From contig PKZK01000090.1 in assembly GCA_003133025.1 (NCBI GenBank), positions 10,376 through 26,728 on the forward strand: 16,353 nt of DNA. The letters are read 5' to 3'. Shown in pieces: positions 14,933 through 16,353 of this stretch. Source of the DNA: Vulcanimicrobiota bacterium (GTDB taxonomy: Bacteria; Vulcanimicrobiota; Vulcanimicrobiia; Vulcanimicrobiales; Vulcanimicrobiaceae). The position numbers and the translations under genes were made by a program. How positions within the stretch are numbered: position 1 is the first letter of the stretch; every line of letters starts with the position of its first letter. The notes beneath the pieces were generated by a model, which had not been told where the DNA came from, ran no database searches, and saw only the letters and a list, made by a program, of their open reading frames with translations.

Positions 14933-15315
14933 GTCTCGCTCGCTGCGCTCTTGCGCCCCGCTCGCGCGAGCAGCGCCTCGGTGAGGAGAAAGGCGCCCGC
15001 AGCCACGAGCATCGCGAGTACCGTCGAGCCCGCGATCGCAGCCACGATGGGCAGCCACTGCGCGCGCAGGATGCCGAGGTGCCGCACGATGCCCGCGCCC
15101 GCCGGCACGAAGAGCAGCGACAGATTGTCGAGCAAACCGTGCGAGGTGCGTTCGAGCGCTTCGGGCACGCGCCGCAACGCGAGCAATCCGGCGAGCAGCA
15201 GCACCATGCCCAGGACGGGACCCGGCACGGGCAGATTCGCCGCGCGGGTAACCACCTCGCCGATCAACTGGCAGACGAGCAGCAGCGCGAGCACGCGCAG
15301 AACGCCGAGATCCAC
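14929..15315 (-). CDS. cidA: CidA/LrgA family membrane protein
   Basis: LLVCQLIGE...LPVPGPVLGMVLL...LLDNLSLLFVPAGAGI; directly upstream of lrgB. Confidence 0.92.
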   Translation of the reverse strand: MDLGVLRVLALLLVCQLIGEVVTRAANLPVPGPVLGMVLLLAGLLALRRVPEALERTSHGLLDNLSLLFVPAGAGIVRHLGILRAQWLPIVAAIAGSTVLAMLVAAGAFLLTEALLARAGRKSAASET

Positions 15316-15324
15316 GTTTCGCGC

Positions 15325-15789
15325 TTATTGCAGGGGGTGCACGTCGGCCGGATCTTGCGGCGGCGTCTTGATCGAGACGAATTTCAGCTTTCCGCCCGAT
15401 GCGTCCGTCAAGCCGCCGTGCGCCGTGCCCTTCGGGATCACGACGAACGTGCCGGGCTTCAAGTCGATCTGTTTATCGCCAAGCCATTCCGTGCCGCTGC
15501 CTTCGAGCACGACCTGAATTTCGTTTGCGCCCTCGTGATAGTGTTTGAAGATCGTGCCCATCTGCACGGCGACCGTCGCGCCGTCTTCGACGACGAGCGT
15601 CTTCGTGCGCAGGTGCGGCGTCGCCGGATTGGCCGGCGGAAACGCATCAGGCGTGAGCGCGGAAAGGTCGATGGCCGCAGCCTGCGGCGGCGGCGCGGCG
15701 GCGTTCGCGCTCTGCGGGAAGCGCGCGACCGCGCAGCCGAGGCCAAAAGCGACCGCCGCGACGGCGGCGAGACGAAGCGTCTGTTGCAT
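15325..15789 (-). CDS. Exported cupin-domain protein
   Basis: ATG 15789 gives a signal-peptide-like N-terminus (MQQTLRLAAVAAVAFGLGCAVARFPQSANA). Cupin motifs KHYHEGANEIQVVLEGSG and LKPGTFVVIPKGTAHG. Confidence 0.85.
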   Translation of the reverse strand: MQQTLRLAAVAAVAFGLGCAVARFPQSANAAAPPPQAAAIDLSALTPDAFPPANPATPHLRTKTLVVEDGATVAVQMGTIFKHYHEGANEIQVVLEGSGTEWLGDKQIDLKPGTFVVIPKGTAHGGLTDASGGKLKFVSIKTPPQDPADVHPLQ

Positions 15790-15821
15790 TTGCGCCGCTA
15801 CGGTGCGACGCCGCGCAGAAC

Positions 15822-16353
15822 CTACTGCGCGGGCTCGCGCGGCCAAAGGCGAGCCGCGCCGAGCACGCCGCTCGAATCGCCGTGCAGCGCGGTGACCACG
15901 CGCGTGGCCACGACGTCGGAGAAGACGAACTCGTCGAGGCGCGCCACGAGCGAGGCGCAGAGGCCGCGCAGGTTGGAGACGCCGCCGCCGAGCACGACGA
16001 CCTCTGGATCGAGCACGTCGATCACCGTAGCCAGGCTCTTGGCGAACCGCCGTGCATGCCGTTCGAGCGCGGCGGTGGCGTCGGCGTCACCGGCCTCGGC
16101 GAGTTCTTCGATTTGCGGCACGGCTGCCTCGCGGCCGCTCACGCGCGCGAAATCGGCCGCGAGTCCGGGACCGCTGAGCCAGGTTTCGATGCAGCCGCGT
16201 TTGCCGCAATAACAGCGCGGTCCGGGCAGTTCGCCCGGCTCGGGCCAGGGCAGCGGGTTATGGCCCCATTCGCCGGCGATGCCGTTGCGGCCTTCCAGCA
16301 CCTGGCCGTTGACGACGATGCCGGCGCCGGCGCCGGTGCCGAGGATGACGCCG
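15822..16353 (-). CDS. ROK family sugar kinase (Mak/NagK-like); 5' end outside the window
   Basis: GVILGTGAGAG, GRNGIAGEWGHNPLP, CYCGKRGCIETWLSG, DPEVVVLGGGVSN, HGDSSGVLGAARL. The frame is open to the window edge. Confidence 0.93.
   Translation of the reverse strand, partial: GVILGTGAGAGIVVNGQVLEGRNGIAGEWGHNPLPWPEPGELPGPRCYCGKRGCIETWLSGPGLAADFARVSGREAAVPQIEELAEAGDADATAALERHARRFAKSLATVIDVLDPEVVVLGGGVSNLRGLCASLVARLDEFVFSDVVATRVVTALHGDSSGVLGAARLWPREPAQ

Noticed and set aside
14207..15315. cidA/lrgB as a prophage lysis cassette
   Set aside because: Standard bacterial CidA/LrgB pair; no endolysin, integrase or phage structural genes.
6646..15846. N-terminal extensions in the ORF track for cobB (6867), sigma (6702), panB (11199), SBP (14378), lrgB (15058) and cupin (15846)
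   Set aside because: They overlap neighbouring genes; family similarity begins at the shorter starts, several of which form stop/start overlaps.
103..16212. Many long Arg/Ala/Pro-rich alternative ORFs (e.g. 3514..4998 +, 7232..8743 -, 14156..15517 +, 15079..16212 +)
   Set aside because: Shadow frames of recognisable genes, expected in high-GC DNA with few stop codons; no family motifs.

Overview
A high-GC, very densely packed bacterial chromosomal segment with no mobile element, CRISPR array, rRNA or tRNA that I can see. Protein styles (orphan family-5 solute-binding protein, SigK/RskA-like pair, mostly SD-less starts) suggest Eremiobacterota/Vulcanimicrobiota or a similar high-GC lineage; this is inference only. 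Gene order: IT-superfamily transporter (-, partial, missing from the ORF track), DUF5671-like membrane protein (+), GH20 hexosaminidase (-), Na+/solute symporter (+), sirtuin cobB and a small membrane protein (-), ECF sigma / anti-sigma / GNAT (+), pepE-panB-panE (-), atypical SDR (+), and SBP-lrgB-cidA-cupin-ROK kinase (-). The most notable unannotated signal is at 3913-4052 (-): a perfect AAGGAGG Shine-Dalgarno, a 25-codon leader ORF (MRYLTVIIARRAHGPTAGMFIRVGG), mutually exclusive pairing regions and a strong intrinsic terminator. This is the layout of a ribosome-dependent transcription attenuator, but it precedes a glycoside hydrolase rather than an amino-acid operon. Other points: a probable CTG start for the GNAT gene, a leaderless sigma70 promoter with an orphan palindromic operator before the SDR, and translational coupling of cidA-lrgB to an orphan peptide-type binding protein.
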